Part shown: positions 41,345 through 51,618 of the stretch, piece after piece
Layout of the letters: each line of letters begins with the position of its first letter
Position numbering within the stretch: position 1 is the stretch's first letter
Assembly: GCA_022706885.1 (NCBI GenBank)
Contig: JAKJBR010000006.1
Span: 670-64,669, forward strand
DNA from: Bacillota bacterium
GTDB taxonomy: Bacteria > Bacillota > Clostridia > DUPQ01
DNA: 64,000 nt
Reading direction: 5' to 3'
Notes under the pieces: generated by a model
The model's database searches: none
What the model was told of the DNA's origin: nothing
What the model saw: only the letters and a program-made list of their open reading frames with translations
Position numbers and translations under genes: made by a program

Positions 41345-41640
41345 TATCGTCCACATCAAAAAGAGATATGCAAACCTGAAGATTCACTATATTAAAAAGA
41401 CTTATATCCTATCGGTATATCGGAAATACGAACACCGCTCGGAAATGTAGTTCAAGTTTATGATGTAGAAAGAAGCATTTGCGACATCGTTCTTGATAGA
41501 GAAAAAGCCGATACACAGTTTTTGTCGGTACACTTTCCGTATATTTCAAAGGAAAAAACAAAGATTTAAGAAAACTTATAAATTACGGCAGACAATTCGG
41601 AATCGAAGAAGAGATACGGCGTTATGTGGCGTTCTTTAAA
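41345..41640 (+). pseudogene. 3'-half fragment of an abiEi-like gene, frameshifted
   Basis: About 93% nucleotide identity to 52105-52400, the 3' half of the intact gene at 51816. It has a 1-nt deletion in an A-run and lacks the 5' half. Confidence 0.55.
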
Positions 41641-41771
41641 TCCGTTCTTGCACAAGTGTAGTGCCAAGTTTTCTTAATATTAGCACAACGCAATCTTTGT
41701 AATGAAAGTTTTCACTTACGGTAAACTATCGTGTATAATTGTATCAGCAAAACAACGACGGATGTGTTGAT

Positions 41772-43436
41772 ATGAGAAAAACAAATATAGTAAAAGCCTT
41801 TATTATCATTGCTCTCGTATTACTTATTATTGTATATACTCCCGCTGTCCTCTGGTGGACAGGCAAGGTTTCTTTACCTGTCTTTTTTACATACATGCGT
41901 ACAGTTATTCATGTCGGTCTTCTCGTCGCATGGGCTATGTCGGTTTACTATCGCATTATTCATAAACAGGTTAGGAGATACCTTATTTCCATAGGCGGTC
42001 TGATGATTTTTTGGTTATTAATTAAAACACTGAAATACTATTTCGTATATGATGTAGATTCGACCCGTATGCTTTGGTATGCCTACTATATTCCGCTGCT
42101 TCTCATTCCCACTATGGGTGTTTTGGTTGCGTTGTCGCTTGGTAAGCCGGAAGATTATCGTCTTCCGAAGTGGACGAACTATTTTTTTATCTGTGCTGTG
42201 ATTTTGGTTTTATTGGTGCTCACAAACGATTTTCACAATTTGGTTTTTATTTTTCCGAAAGGAGAGACGGGGTCAGACAAAAATGCTGCATTCAACATAA
42301 TATTTTTGGTCGTTATGGCGTGGGTGAATCTTGTAGGCACAGTCGCTATTATTCTCATTATTCTCAAGTGTCGCATTCCTAAAAGTCGGGCTGTCTTATG
42401 GTTACCGTTGGTTTCACTGTCGCTCACCATCCTATACGGGATTTTATATTTGATAAAATGGGCACCTGTCAGAGTGTTTCTCAACGACCCGACAGTGACA
42501 ATATGTATGCTCTTTATTGTTGTACTGGAAAGTTGTATCAAGTCCGGCCTTATACAGGCCAATACACTTTACGGTAAGTTGTTTTATGCGTCTTCCATAG
42601 GAATGCAGATTACGGATAGTAATTTTGATGTTCTTTACACTTCGGAAAGTGCAAAGAGTTTTAACATAAAGACTCTGAAAGCTGCTGCCGAAAAACCCGT
42701 CATTCCGAGTATGAGAGAAGGGTTACGTCTTTCCGGAGCACCGATAAAGAGAGGATATGTATTCTGGCAGGAAGATGTGAGTGAACTGCTCGGCGTGTTG
42801 GAGGAGCTTGCGGGAACGGCGGAAGAGTTGGAAAGTTACGGTGAGATTATTCGGGATGAAAACCGACAAAAGGAACGACGCAAAAAATTGGAAGAACGAA
42901 AAAGACTTTTTGTGAGTATGTGTGAACAAATATCTCCACAGGTAGAGTTGCTGACAAGGTATGTGGAAGAATTGGAGGCGACAGAGAACGAAGAAACGGC
43001 CAAATTGATTTTAAGCAGGATTTCGGTAATCGGTGCATATATGAAGCGACGCAGCAACCTTATCTTTTTAGCCGAGCAACCCTGTTCCTGTGCGACAGAG
43101 GAATTGCGTCTATGCCTGAACGAGTCGATGGCAAGCCTCAGGTTTTACGGTGTGGAATGTGCCTGCTTTTTTGATGAACTGATAGATTTTGACTTAACGG
43201 TTGCAACTCTTTTCTATGACTTTTTTGAAGTTGCGGTGGAGATGGCTCTGAATAATCTTTCACAAATGGTGGCGTCTTTTAATTACAAGAACAGCAATGT
43301 CGGTTTCTCGATTATGCTCTGTACGGACAGCGACATGAGCCTTATAACAAAAAAGTTTCCGGACGCCTCCGTAGAGAAAGAGGACGGCATATGGTATTGT
43401 ATGCTGGCTGCCGGGAAAGGAGAGGCTTTCACATGA
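41772..43436 (+). CDS. polytopic membrane protein with degenerate histidine-kinase-like cytoplasmic domain (no conserved His)
   Basis: At least 8 transmembrane segments, then a coiled coil, then a C-terminal region with HisKA_3/HATPase-like spacing but no phospho-acceptor His or G-boxes. The tool's start at 41739 is a TTG inside a TGTATAAT box, so the ATG at 41772 is preferred. Confidence 0.5.
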   Translation: MRKTNIVKAFIIIALVLLIIVYTPAVLWWTGKVSLPVFFTYMRTVIHVGLLVAWAMSVYYRIIHKQVRRYLISIGGLMIFWLLIKTLKYYFVYDVDSTRMLWYAYYIPLLLIPTMGVLVALSLGKPEDYRLPKWTNYFFICAVILVLLVLTNDFHNLVFIFPKGETGSDKNAAFNIIFLVVMAWVNLVGTVAIILIILKCRIPKSRAVLWLPLVSLSLTILYGILYLIKWAPVRVFLNDPTVTICMLFIVVLESCIKSGLIQANTLYGKLFYASSIGMQITDSNFDVLYTSESAKSFNIKTLKAAAEKPVIPSMREGLRLSGAPIKRGYVFWQEDVSELLGVLEELAGTAEELESYGEIIRDENRQKERRKKLEERKRLFVSMCEQISPQVELLTRYVEELEATENEETAKLILSRISVIGAYMKRRSNLIFLAEQPCSCATEELRLCLNESMASLRFYGVECACFFDELIDFDLTVATLFYDFFEVAVEMALNNLSQMVASFNYKNSNVGFSIMLCTDSDMSLITKKFPDASVEKEDGIWYCMLAAGKGEAFT

Positions 43437-44428
43437 AGTACAATATAAAGGGTCGCTCCATCAAGGAAAGTTTTGACAATTTACCTTCAGGCGTATGCTT
43501 TGCCGACAGCAAAGGTATGATTGTATTGTGTAACAGACAAATGCACAGATTATGTTGCATATTGCTCGGAACAGGTTTGCAACACATTTTTGAGCTCAGA
43601 GAGGCATTACAAACACCTACGGATACCGTTACACATGTTGAGGGAACAAATGATACTTTTCGTTTCCCCGACGGTCGGATATGGGAGTTTAGGGAAAGTA
43701 CGGTTACCGTTGTCGGCGGCAAAACATATACGCAGATACAGGCACTTTCTTTGACCGAACTGTATGCCAAAAAAACAGAGCTGGAGCAAAAAAATCGCGA
43801 ATTGGAAGAAGTGAATAAGCGGGCAAGGAAGCTTTATGCGGAGTTGGACAATACCGTTAGAGAGGAAGAAGCTTTTGCAATCAAAATGCGTATTCATAGC
43901 GATATAGGTTTACGGTTGCTTGCCACACATAAGGTGCTCCGTGAAGGCGGACTTACCGAACTTAAGGAAGCCGGGAAAATATGGAGAAGCACCCTTAATG
44001 TTTTCGGTATAGCCGATGCGGTGGCAAGTGATTATACAAATATAGAGAAAAAAACCTCAAGCAGGTCGGAGGAAATGCTCCATAACCTTATTAATTCCGC
44101 CGCAGGGATAGGCTTAAAAATCATTCTTGACGGTAATTTACCTGAGGACCGGGAACAAAGTTACCTTATTACTACCGCTATGAGGGAATGTGCCACCAAT
44201 ACGGTACGTCATGCCGGCGGTAATGAAATGAAAGTAAGGATATTTGAAGTAAAAAGCACACTTGTTGTATGGATTGAAAATAACGGAAAGCCGCCCGAGA
44301 GGAAAGTTGTAGAGGGCGGAGGTTTGTCCGATTTAAGAAAGCGTATAGAAAAGGCGGGCGGTACTATGAGAATAAAGAGCAGTCCTACATACAGATTGAC
44401 AGTGATTTTGCCCGGAAAGGAGAAATAA
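43433..44428 (+). CDS. cytoplasmic sensor histidine kinase (HisKA_3 / NarL-partner type)
   Basis: H-box MRIHSDIGLRL, N-box ECATNTVRHAGGNEM, and G-boxes ENNGKP...EGGGLSDLRKRIEKAGG. GGAGAGG ribosome-binding site. The start overlaps the upstream stop. Confidence 0.75.
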   Translation: MKYNIKGRSIKESFDNLPSGVCFADSKGMIVLCNRQMHRLCCILLGTGLQHIFELREALQTPTDTVTHVEGTNDTFRFPDGRIWEFRESTVTVVGGKTYTQIQALSLTELYAKKTELEQKNRELEEVNKRARKLYAELDNTVREEEAFAIKMRIHSDIGLRLLATHKVLREGGLTELKEAGKIWRSTLNVFGIADAVASDYTNIEKKTSSRSEEMLHNLINSAAGIGLKIILDGNLPEDREQSYLITTAMRECATNTVRHAGGNEMKVRIFEVKSTLVVWIENNGKPPERKVVEGGGLSDLRKRIEKAGGTMRIKSSPTYRLTVILPGKEK

Positions 44429-44431
44429 TCC

Positions 44432-45055
44432 ATGGTTAATGTACTTATTGTGGAAGATAAAATAATGCCTCGCGATTGCATGGAAGGCTATATCAAAAGC
44501 AGTGACCGCTATAGTCTTGTAGCCTCTATAACCAATGCGGGAATGGCGGAAATGACATGCATGTGTTATCCTGTCGACCTTATACTTATGGATGTTTGTA
44601 CCGAGAACAACGAAAGCGGCATTAAGGCCTGTTCCGTTATAAAGCGATACTTTCCCGATATTAAAGTTATTATAGTGACTTCCATGGCCGATTCAAGCTT
44701 TATAACCAAAGCAAGGGAAGCAAATGCGGACAGTTTTTGGTATAAGGAAGTAAGTGAAAATGAATTATTGGATATTATGGATCGTACAATGAGCGGCGAA
44801 TCGGTATGGCCGGATAAAGTACCCGAAGTACAGATCGGCAAAGCAAGCTCCTGCGAGTTTACTCAACGAGAGATGGAGGTACTTCGACTGATTGTAAGAG
44901 GTCTGACCGATGCCGCTATTGCGGAGGAGTTGTATATAAGTATAACCACAGTACGTACACATATAAGGGAGTTGCTCAAAAAATCAGGCTATAGCAACCG
45001 TGTAAGGCTTGCCTGTGATGTGATAAACAAAGATTTGATTGTCGAAGGATTTTAG
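44432..45055 (+). CDS. LuxR/NarL-family response regulator (REC + HTH)
   Basis: Receiver domain with the acceptor Asp in DLILMDV. C-terminal LuxR HTH (REMEVLRLIVRGLTDAAIAEELYISITTVRTHIRELLKKSG). Confidence 0.8.
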   Translation: MVNVLIVEDKIMPRDCMEGYIKSSDRYSLVASITNAGMAEMTCMCYPVDLILMDVCTENNESGIKACSVIKRYFPDIKVIIVTSMADSSFITKAREANADSFWYKEVSENELLDIMDRTMSGESVWPDKVPEVQIGKASSCEFTQREMEVLRLIVRGLTDAAIAEELYISITTVRTHIRELLKKSGYSNRVRLACDVINKDLIVEGF

Positions 45056-45214
45056 AAAATATATTATATCTATTCCGCACCGTTTTTCCGTACTACGGCT
45101 TCTTTTGTTGCAAAAATCATCATTTATGACGATATGTTTTTTATGCCCTTTTCCCTATAATTTAAAGTGACAAGGTGCTGTATATCACCTACTTAAGAAA
45201 AGGAAGGTGGCAGG

Positions 45215-45601
45215 GTGCGTCAAATTATTTTGAGCATGAAAGACTATATCTTTGCAGATGCTGTCGCACAGGCATTGCTGAATGAAAAGGGCAGTGATTT
45301 TGCCGTGCAAAAAACAAAAAGTCCGGAAGAAATACAAAAGTATTGCAAGATTACTTCTCCATATGCTCTGCTCATGGAAGTGACGGGATATCCGCCTTTT
45401 GCACTGTCGGAAAGGCTTGCTTTACGGGAGCAAGTAAAGAAACAAAATCCGAACTGCAAGATTGTTATTCTTGTGGACGAGAACTCGGAGAAAGAGATTG
45501 CAGCGCAGGTAAGACAGGCAAAAAAGGACGGTCTTATAGACCAGTTTATCTACGGTTCCACAAGTGCAAGCTACCTTGTGGCGATGATGGACACCTTGTA
45601 G
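45215..45601 (+). CDS. stand-alone receiver-like domain protein with Glu at the phospho-acceptor position (pseudo-receiver)
   Basis: CheY-like alternation of beta-strands and helices, but beta3 reads ALLMEVTG (E instead of D), the DD pair is KD, and the conserved Lys is not evident. Confidence 0.4.
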   Translation: MRQIILSMKDYIFADAVAQALLNEKGSDFAVQKTKSPEEIQKYCKITSPYALLMEVTGYPPFALSERLALREQVKKQNPNCKIVILVDENSEKEIAAQVRQAKKDGLIDQFIYGSTSASYLVAMMDTL

Positions 45602-45641
45602 ACAACAAAAAGGAAAATACATATATGAAGGAGAAAGCGAA

Positions 45642-48600
45642 ATGAAAGTAAAAAGGAAATTATTATCTGTTTTTTTGGTAATATCCATGTTGGCAGGGAT
45701 TCTGCCCTTAACCGCTCTGCCGGTATATGCGGCCAATCCGCCGGCGACAGATGTATCAGTATATACTACGGAAGGTAATCAAACTCTCGACTCCATGTAT
45801 CCGTACCTGGTTAACGGGAAGAAGGCAAAAACGGGTACTTTGGGAAGTGGCGGATGTACCGCCTATTTTGACCATACTACCGGTATCTTGACACTGCAGA
45901 ATCATAGCGGAGGTAATATAGTGAAAGGTTCTTTAGGGGGTAAAAAGGATTTGACCGTTAAGTTGGTCGGTACTAATGCTCTTACATCCGCTTTGCAAAA
46001 CATATCGGGCGGGGACCTCATAATCACGGCAGAGGATACCGCCACTCTTTCGATTACTAACAACACAGACACTAACGGTGTTATAACAGGCATAAGTACC
46101 GATATTACGGGAGTTAACGCCGGACCCGGAAGTATAACAATTAGAGGAAAAGCAAATATATCCATATACGTAGAAAACATAAGTACAGGTGTAGAATCCG
46201 GGGTCCGAGGTATCTTTGCTAAACAGGATATATCTATCCTTGATAATGCATCGGTGAATATTGAATGTATAGGCAAAGGGACGGGTTCCTACCCGGTATC
46301 AGGAATTCAAAGTACAAATAAAAGTGTAACATTCAACACAACGGGAAAAGTAAATATCGACTGTTCGGATGCACAGAACAAAAATCCATATGCTATTAAC
46401 AATATGCTAGCAAATATTTTAACCTCTGTCGATGAACTTACTCTAAAATGGACGAACGGAGGTCGTGGATATAGTTTAGTTGATGGTGGTATGTCATATG
46501 ATGTCACATCTTTTACCCGCAACATCAAAGAAGCTACACCAACCCAGCCCGGAATAGAGGTCTTCAAGAAAGGAACACCTCTTACTTTAACGATAGAAAA
46601 CGGCAAAAACAATTTCGGCAAAAAGGAAGGGCAATTTACCCACGGAGAAACAGTAAATGTTACGGCCAATTCCATTACCGGTCTGACATTTAAAAAGTGG
46701 GTAGCCACAGCCGGTATAATCGGATGTGCCACAGATTCTTCCACCACTTTAACCATGCCCGATGAGAATGTAACGCTTACGGCAATATATGATGTTTTTG
46801 CCGTACAACCTAAATCCGCCTATGTAAGCGCTACATCGAGAAAAGTCACTTTTTCTTTAAAGGCAACTCCTACTACTTATGCTCCCCGTTTAGTTACCGA
46901 ATCCGGAGATTATAACGACATAGTCGGGGAGACAACTTTCGGTCATGATGGCGCATTAAACTATTCAGAAGTTATTCGTTGTATTGGAATATTCGATGTT
47001 CCGAACGGCAATTACCGTATTGCCGCCAAATTTGACGATGTATGGTATTATAGCGATGTTTTCACGGTAGATTATAGTACCCATAGCATAACCGTTGACG
47101 GAGATGCGGTTGAGACTACCGACTACACAATAACGGGTGTAAGTGACTTCAGTTCTATACCGGACGGTACAAACCTGACAATCAATGCAGTTAATGATAT
47201 TAATGTTGACGGAGAGAATGTAGTCGCCGGCAGCTCAAAGACTATAGTTATCAATTCGTCCTATACCATAACCATTAATAAAAAGGTGAGCAATAGTGCA
47301 CCTACGGTAGTTGTAGGAAAGGAAACGCAAACCGGAAATGCAACTCCGAAGGCAAGTAGCGGTATTCCTGCAGCGATTGCGTATGAGGCGGATATGTCGG
47401 GATGGTTTAATGATGCTGACGGTGACGCTTTGACTTACTCGGTAGTATCGGCAAGGGAAGGCACAAATGATGTTTCCGCTCATGTGAGTGTTGCGGGAAA
47501 GCACATCACCTATACACCTGCTGCCGCACAAGCGGGTAAAAATGTAATTATAAAGATAAAAGCAAATGACGGACTTGCAGACAGTACGGATAATGTAACA
47601 ATAACCGTAACTGTAGAGGAAGTGCCTGCAGATGCGAAGATATATAAGGTAACTGTTGCCGGAGATGCTGCCGAGACTACCGACTACACAATATCGGGAG
47701 CAACCGACTTGAATGCGGTGCCGGACGGAACGAATCTGACAATCTATGCGGTTAATAACATTACCGTTAACGGTGAAATTGTGACTTGCGGAAACTCCAA
47801 AAATATAACTATCAATTCAGCTCAAACAATAACCATTAACAAAAAGGTGGGCAATAGTGCACCTACGGTAGTTGCAGGAAAGGAAGCACAAACCGGAAAT
47901 GCAACACCTGAGGCTAACTGCGGTCATCCTGAAGCAGTAATGTATGAGGCGGATATGTCGGGATGGTTTAATGATGTTGACGGTGATGTATTGACTTACT
48001 CGGTAGTATCTGCAACGGAAGGCACAAATGATGTTTCCGCTCATGTGAGTGTTGCAGGAAAGCACATCACCTATATACCTGCTGCCGCACAAGCGGGTAA
48101 AAATGTAATTATAAAGATAAAAGCAAATGACGGACTTGCAGACAGTACAGGTGATGTAACAATTACAGTGAGTGTAGCGGCGGTTCCGGCGGATACAACC
48201 TACAAAGTAACCATATACGGAAATGCCGTTATAACAACCGACTATACGGTATCGGTAGCCGACTTGAATGCGGTACCGCACGGAACTGATTTAATAATCT
48301 ATGCGGTTAATGATATTACCGTTAGTGGCGAGGATGTGGCGGCAGGCGGCTCTAAGACTATAGCATCAATCGTTTCACCCTGTGGCATTGAAGTTAAAAA
48401 GAAAAATAACGCACCTACGGTAGTTGCAGGAAAGGAAACGCAAACCGGAAATGCAACACCTGAGGCTAACTGCGGTCATCCTGAAGCAGTAAGGTATGAG
48501 GCGGATATGTCGGGATGGTTTAATGATGTTGACGGTGACACTTTGACTTACTCGGTAGTATCTGCAACGGAAGGCACAAATGATGTTTCCGCTCATGTGA

Positions 48601-51434
48601 GTGTTGCGGGAAAGCACATCACCTATACACCTGCTGCCGCACAAGCGGGTAAAAATGTAATTATAAAGATAAAAGCAAATGACGGACTTGCAGACAGTAC
48701 AGGTAATGTAACAATTACAGTGAGTGTAGCGGCAGTACCGGCGGATACAACTTATGTGGTAACCGTTAACGGAGATGCAGTTATAACAACCGACTATACG
48801 GTATCGATAGCCGACTTGAATGCGGTACCGCACGGAACTGATTTGATAATCTATGCGGTTAATGATATTACCGTTGACGGTGCGGTTGTGGTTGCAGGTG
48901 GCTCTAAGACAATAGCATCAATCATTTCACCCTACAATATAACCGTTAACAAAAAGACCGGTAATAACGCACCCACGGTAGTTGTCGGAAAGGAAACGCA
49001 AACCGGAAATGCAACACCTAAGGCTAACTGCGGTCATCCTGAAGCAGTAAGGTATGAGGCGGATATGTCGGGATGGTTTAATGATGTTGACGGTGATGTA
49101 TTGACTTACTCGTTAGTATCTGCAACGGAAGGTACAAATGATGTTTCCGGTGATGTATATATTTTAGGAGCAGATATCCGCTATACTCCTGCTGCGACAC
49201 AGGCCGGCAAGGATGTGATTATCGTAGTTAAAGCAAATGACGGATCTGCAGACAGTACAGGTAATGTAACAATTACAGTGAGTGTAGCGGCGGTTCCTGC
49301 GGATACAACCTATAAAGTAACCATGTACGGAGATGCCGTTATAACAACCGACTATACGGTATCGGTAGCCGACTTGAATGCGGTACCGCACGGAACTAAT
49401 CTGACAATCAATGCAGTTAACAATATTATCGTTGACGGCGAGAGTGTAGCGGCAGGCGGCTCAAAAGTTATTACAATCAATTCATCTCAAACAATAACGG
49501 TTAACAAGGTAGCTATACCCAAACACACGGTAACCTATGATGTAGACGGCGGCAGTTTAGCAGCGCCTACTCAGGACGATGTGGCGGAAGGTGCTACTTT
49601 TGCAGTTGCTTCATATGCAGGTACAAAAGCCGGATTTACATTCGGAGGCTGGAACGACGGTAGCAGTGATTATGTGGCCGGTGCCGTTTACACAATGGGA
49701 ACGCTAAACGTAACCTTGACGGCGGTATGGAATGTAGCGTCGATAGCCGTAACCGGAGTAAAATTGGATTCTTCAACATTAACTTTAACGGCAGGCGGTT
49801 CAGCCGGAACATTAACTGCAACGGTATTACCTATGGATGCCGCAAACAAGAACATAACATGGGCATCAAGTGATACTTCGACAGCAACCGTATCAAACGG
49901 TGTAGTAACTCCTGTAGCAGCGGGAACGGCGACTATTACCGTTACAACGGAAGACGGCGGTAAAACAGCTACTTGTACGGTAAAAGTAGTTCCTGCAAAA
50001 CCTACGGGACTTGTTGCAATAAAACCTACTACGGCAGGCGGTACCGACGGTATGATTACCGGCACAAGTGCAATTATGGAATATGCAAACAATGTTTCCT
50101 TTACAGGTGCCGTTAATTGTATCGGTACAAAGATTACGAACCTTTCGGCAGGAACATATTATGTAAGAGTAAAGGCAACCGTAGCACACGATGCCGGAGA
50201 GGCGACCACGGTTGTAGTTCCCGCATTTGTTGCTATTGAGGAAGAGGACGAGGACATTTATATTCCCGTTACCGCTTCCACTATTCCGGCAAATAACGGT
50301 GCGGTCAACATAGGATATATTGAATCCGAAGGTGTGGTATCATTGGATTTAACCGACGATAAGATAGAGGAGATTATTAAGAAGAGCAGTAAAGGGAATG
50401 TGGACTTTAATGTTTCCGGAATTGAAAATGCTACATCGGTTGAAATACCCAAAGAGGCATTTGCAGCATTCGGTAAAGCGGATATGTCTGTAACTGTAAA
50501 ACTGCCCGACGGAAGCATTACTCTTGATAAAGAAGCCGTTGATTCGGTTTCCGAACAGGCTGAAGGAGATTCGGTAAATATTGAACTATCAGTAATTGAA
50601 GCTAAAGAGTTGAACCATCTTCAGGAGCAATCGGTAAAAGCGGACGATATAGTTGTTGATATCAACATTAGCGACGGAAAAGGCAATTTGATTAAGACCT
50701 TTGACGGAGAACTGACAATACAGATTCCTTACAAGGGAACTTTACCGGTAACGGTCTGGTACTTAAATAATGCCGGTCAGTTGGAGAAAATAGAAGCAAC
50801 TTACAAAGAAGGAATCGTTACGTTCAAACTCAATCACCTTTCAGTATATGTACTGGGACAAGATAAAGACAGAACAAAAGATTGGGATAATCCTTTTACC
50901 GATGTAAATGAAAAGGATTGGTACTATGATTCAGTGAAGTTCGCACATATGAACAAACTGATGTACGGTGTTGGCTACAAGCAGTTTGACCCCCACGGTT
51001 CTATACCTCGCGGACTGTTGCTTACCGTACTGCATCGTTTGGAGAAAACGCCCGAACCGAAAGGATATGGCGCATTCAAAGATGTAGCGGCAAACAAATA
51101 TTACAGTAAAGCTGTCAACTGGGCTGCCGAGAATAATATTGTAACCGGTTACGGAGACGGAAACTTTGGCCCCAATGACCTTATTACAAGAGAACATTTG
51201 GCATTAATCCTTATGAACTATGCCAAGTACAAAGGTTTTGACACATCAAAAAAGGCGGATTTAGAAATATTTGCCGACTCAAAGAGTATTTCCATTTGGG
51301 CAAAAGAGGCTATGGCATGGGTTGTTGCCGAAGATATCTATGTAGGTGACCAAGCCAATCTGAATCCTGCCGGTAACGCCACACGTTGCCAAGTAGCGGC
51401 AATATTCAAGCGTTTCATTGAAAACGTAGAGTAA
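45642..51434 (+). CDS. giant SLH-anchored surface adhesin (cadherin-like repeats, Listeria-Bacteroides repeat, Big_2, FN3-like, 3 x SLH)
   Basis: Signal peptide MKVKRKLLSVFLVISMLAGILPLTALPVYA, followed by beta-rich domains. Four ~187-aa repeats carry DxDGD(A/V)LTYS cadherin-like motifs. A Listeria-Bacteroides (flg_new) repeat GGWNDGSSDYVAGAVY is present. A Big_2 domain reads VTGVKLDSSTLTL...ATITVTTEDGGKTATCTVKV. The C-terminus has three S-layer-homology domains (FTDVNEKDWYYDSV..., FKDVAANKYYSKAV..., ...). Confidence 0.85.
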   Translation: MKVKRKLLSVFLVISMLAGILPLTALPVYAANPPATDVSVYTTEGNQTLDSMYPYLVNGKKAKTGTLGSGGCTAYFDHTTGILTLQNHSGGNIVKGSLGGKKDLTVKLVGTNALTSALQNISGGDLIITAEDTATLSITNNTDTNGVITGISTDITGVNAGPGSITIRGKANISIYVENISTGVESGVRGIFAKQDISILDNASVNIECIGKGTGSYPVSGIQSTNKSVTFNTTGKVNIDCSDAQNKNPYAINNMLANILTSVDELTLKWTNGGRGYSLVDGGMSYDVTSFTRNIKEATPTQPGIEVFKKGTPLTLTIENGKNNFGKKEGQFTHGETVNVTANSITGLTFKKWVATAGIIGCATDSSTTLTMPDENVTLTAIYDVFAVQPKSAYVSATSRKVTFSLKATPTTYAPRLVTESGDYNDIVGETTFGHDGALNYSEVIRCIGIFDVPNGNYRIAAKFDDVWYYSDVFTVDYSTHSITVDGDAVETTDYTITGVSDFSSIPDGTNLTINAVNDINVDGENVVAGSSKTIVINSSYTITINKKVSNSAPTVVVGKETQTGNATPKASSGIPAAIAYEADMSGWFNDADGDALTYSVVSAREGTNDVSAHVSVAGKHITYTPAAAQAGKNVIIKIKANDGLADSTDNVTITVTVEEVPADAKIYKVTVAGDAAETTDYTISGATDLNAVPDGTNLTIYAVNNITVNGEIVTCGNSKNITINSAQTITINKKVGNSAPTVVAGKEAQTGNATPEANCGHPEAVMYEADMSGWFNDVDGDVLTYSVVSATEGTNDVSAHVSVAGKHITYIPAAAQAGKNVIIKIKANDGLADSTGDVTITVSVAAVPADTTYKVTIYGNAVITTDYTVSVADLNAVPHGTDLIIYAVNDITVSGEDVAAGGSKTIASIVSPCGIEVKKKNNAPTVVAGKETQTGNATPEANCGHPEAVRYEADMSGWFNDVDGDTLTYSVVSATEGTNDVSAHVSVAGKHITYTPAAAQAGKNVIIKIKANDGLADSTGNVTITVSVAAVPADTTYVVTVNGDAVITTDYTVSIADLNAVPHGTDLIIYAVNDITVDGAVVVAGGSKTIASIISPYNITVNKKTGNNAPTVVVGKETQTGNATPKANCGHPEAVRYEADMSGWFNDVDGDVLTYSLVSATEGTNDVSGDVYILGADIRYTPAATQAGKDVIIVVKANDGSADSTGNVTITVSVAAVPADTTYKVTMYGDAVITTDYTVSVADLNAVPHGTNLTINAVNNIIVDGESVAAGGSKVITINSSQTITVNKVAIPKHTVTYDVDGGSLAAPTQDDVAEGATFAVASYAGTKAGFTFGGWNDGSSDYVAGAVYTMGTLNVTLTAVWNVASIAVTGVKLDSSTLTLTAGGSAGTLTATVLPMDAANKNITWASSDTSTATVSNGVVTPVAAGTATITVTTEDGGKTATCTVKVVPAKPTGLVAIKPTTAGGTDGMITGTSAIMEYANNVSFTGAVNCIGTKITNLSAGTYYVRVKATVAHDAGEATTVVVPAFVAIEEEDEDIYIPVTASTIPANNGAVNIGYIESEGVVSLDLTDDKIEEIIKKSSKGNVDFNVSGIENATSVEIPKEAFAAFGKADMSVTVKLPDGSITLDKEAVDSVSEQAEGDSVNIELSVIEAKELNHLQEQSVKADDIVVDINISDGKGNLIKTFDGELTIQIPYKGTLPVTVWYLNNAGQLEKIEATYKEGIVTFKLNHLSVYVLGQDKDRTKDWDNPFTDVNEKDWYYDSVKFAHMNKLMYGVGYKQFDPHGSIPRGLLLTVLHRLEKTPEPKGYGAFKDVAANKYYSKAVNWAAENNIVTGYGDGNFGPNDLITREHLALILMNYAKYKGFDTSKKADLEIFADSKSISIWAKEAMAWVVAEDIYVGDQANLNPAGNATRCQVAAIFKRFIENVE
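47283..49506 (+). repeat. in-frame tandem repeat, 4 x 561 bp (about 187 aa per unit), high nucleotide identity
   Basis: Units start near 47283, 47844, 48400 and 48951. Long stretches are identical between units, for example GGATATGTCGGGATGGTTTAATGATGTTGACGGTGA. Confidence 0.85.
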
Positions 51435-51483
51435 AGAGGCAGTATGCAGTTATGCATTAATACAATTCAATAGTTTAACAATC

Positions 51484-51521
51484 GGTACCATGCTTTCCTT
51501 GAAGGTATGGTACCTTTTATT
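51484..51521 (+). terminator. intrinsic terminator after the adhesin gene
   Basis: GGTACCAT ... ATGGTACC 8-bp stem followed by TTTTATT. Confidence 0.5.
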
Positions 51522-51618
51522 GTGTACCTGGCATGGCACAGTTCTAACGGGTGAAAGTCCCTTTACAGGTATCTATCGCCAAGTGTAGTGAACCACAAGC
51601 TGGAAGAAGTAATGCCGG

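Noticed and set aside
41653-41663. 11-mer CAAGTGTAGTG shared at 41653 and 51580, near both repeat junctions
   Set aside because: It is tempting as a recombination core, but an exact 11-mer match between two sites is expected by chance many times over in 64 kb, and there is no extended flanking similarity.
41739-41771. TTG start proposed by the ORF track for the membrane pseudo-kinase
   Set aside because: The TTG lies inside a TGTATAAT extended -10 box, so it is more likely a promoter element. The ATG at 41772 is used instead.
47283-49506. Possible CRISPR array suggested by the regular repeats
   Set aside because: The period is 561 bp, the repeats are in-frame protein-coding, and the intervening sequence is part of the repeat. 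There is no short repeat-spacer structure and no cas genes.
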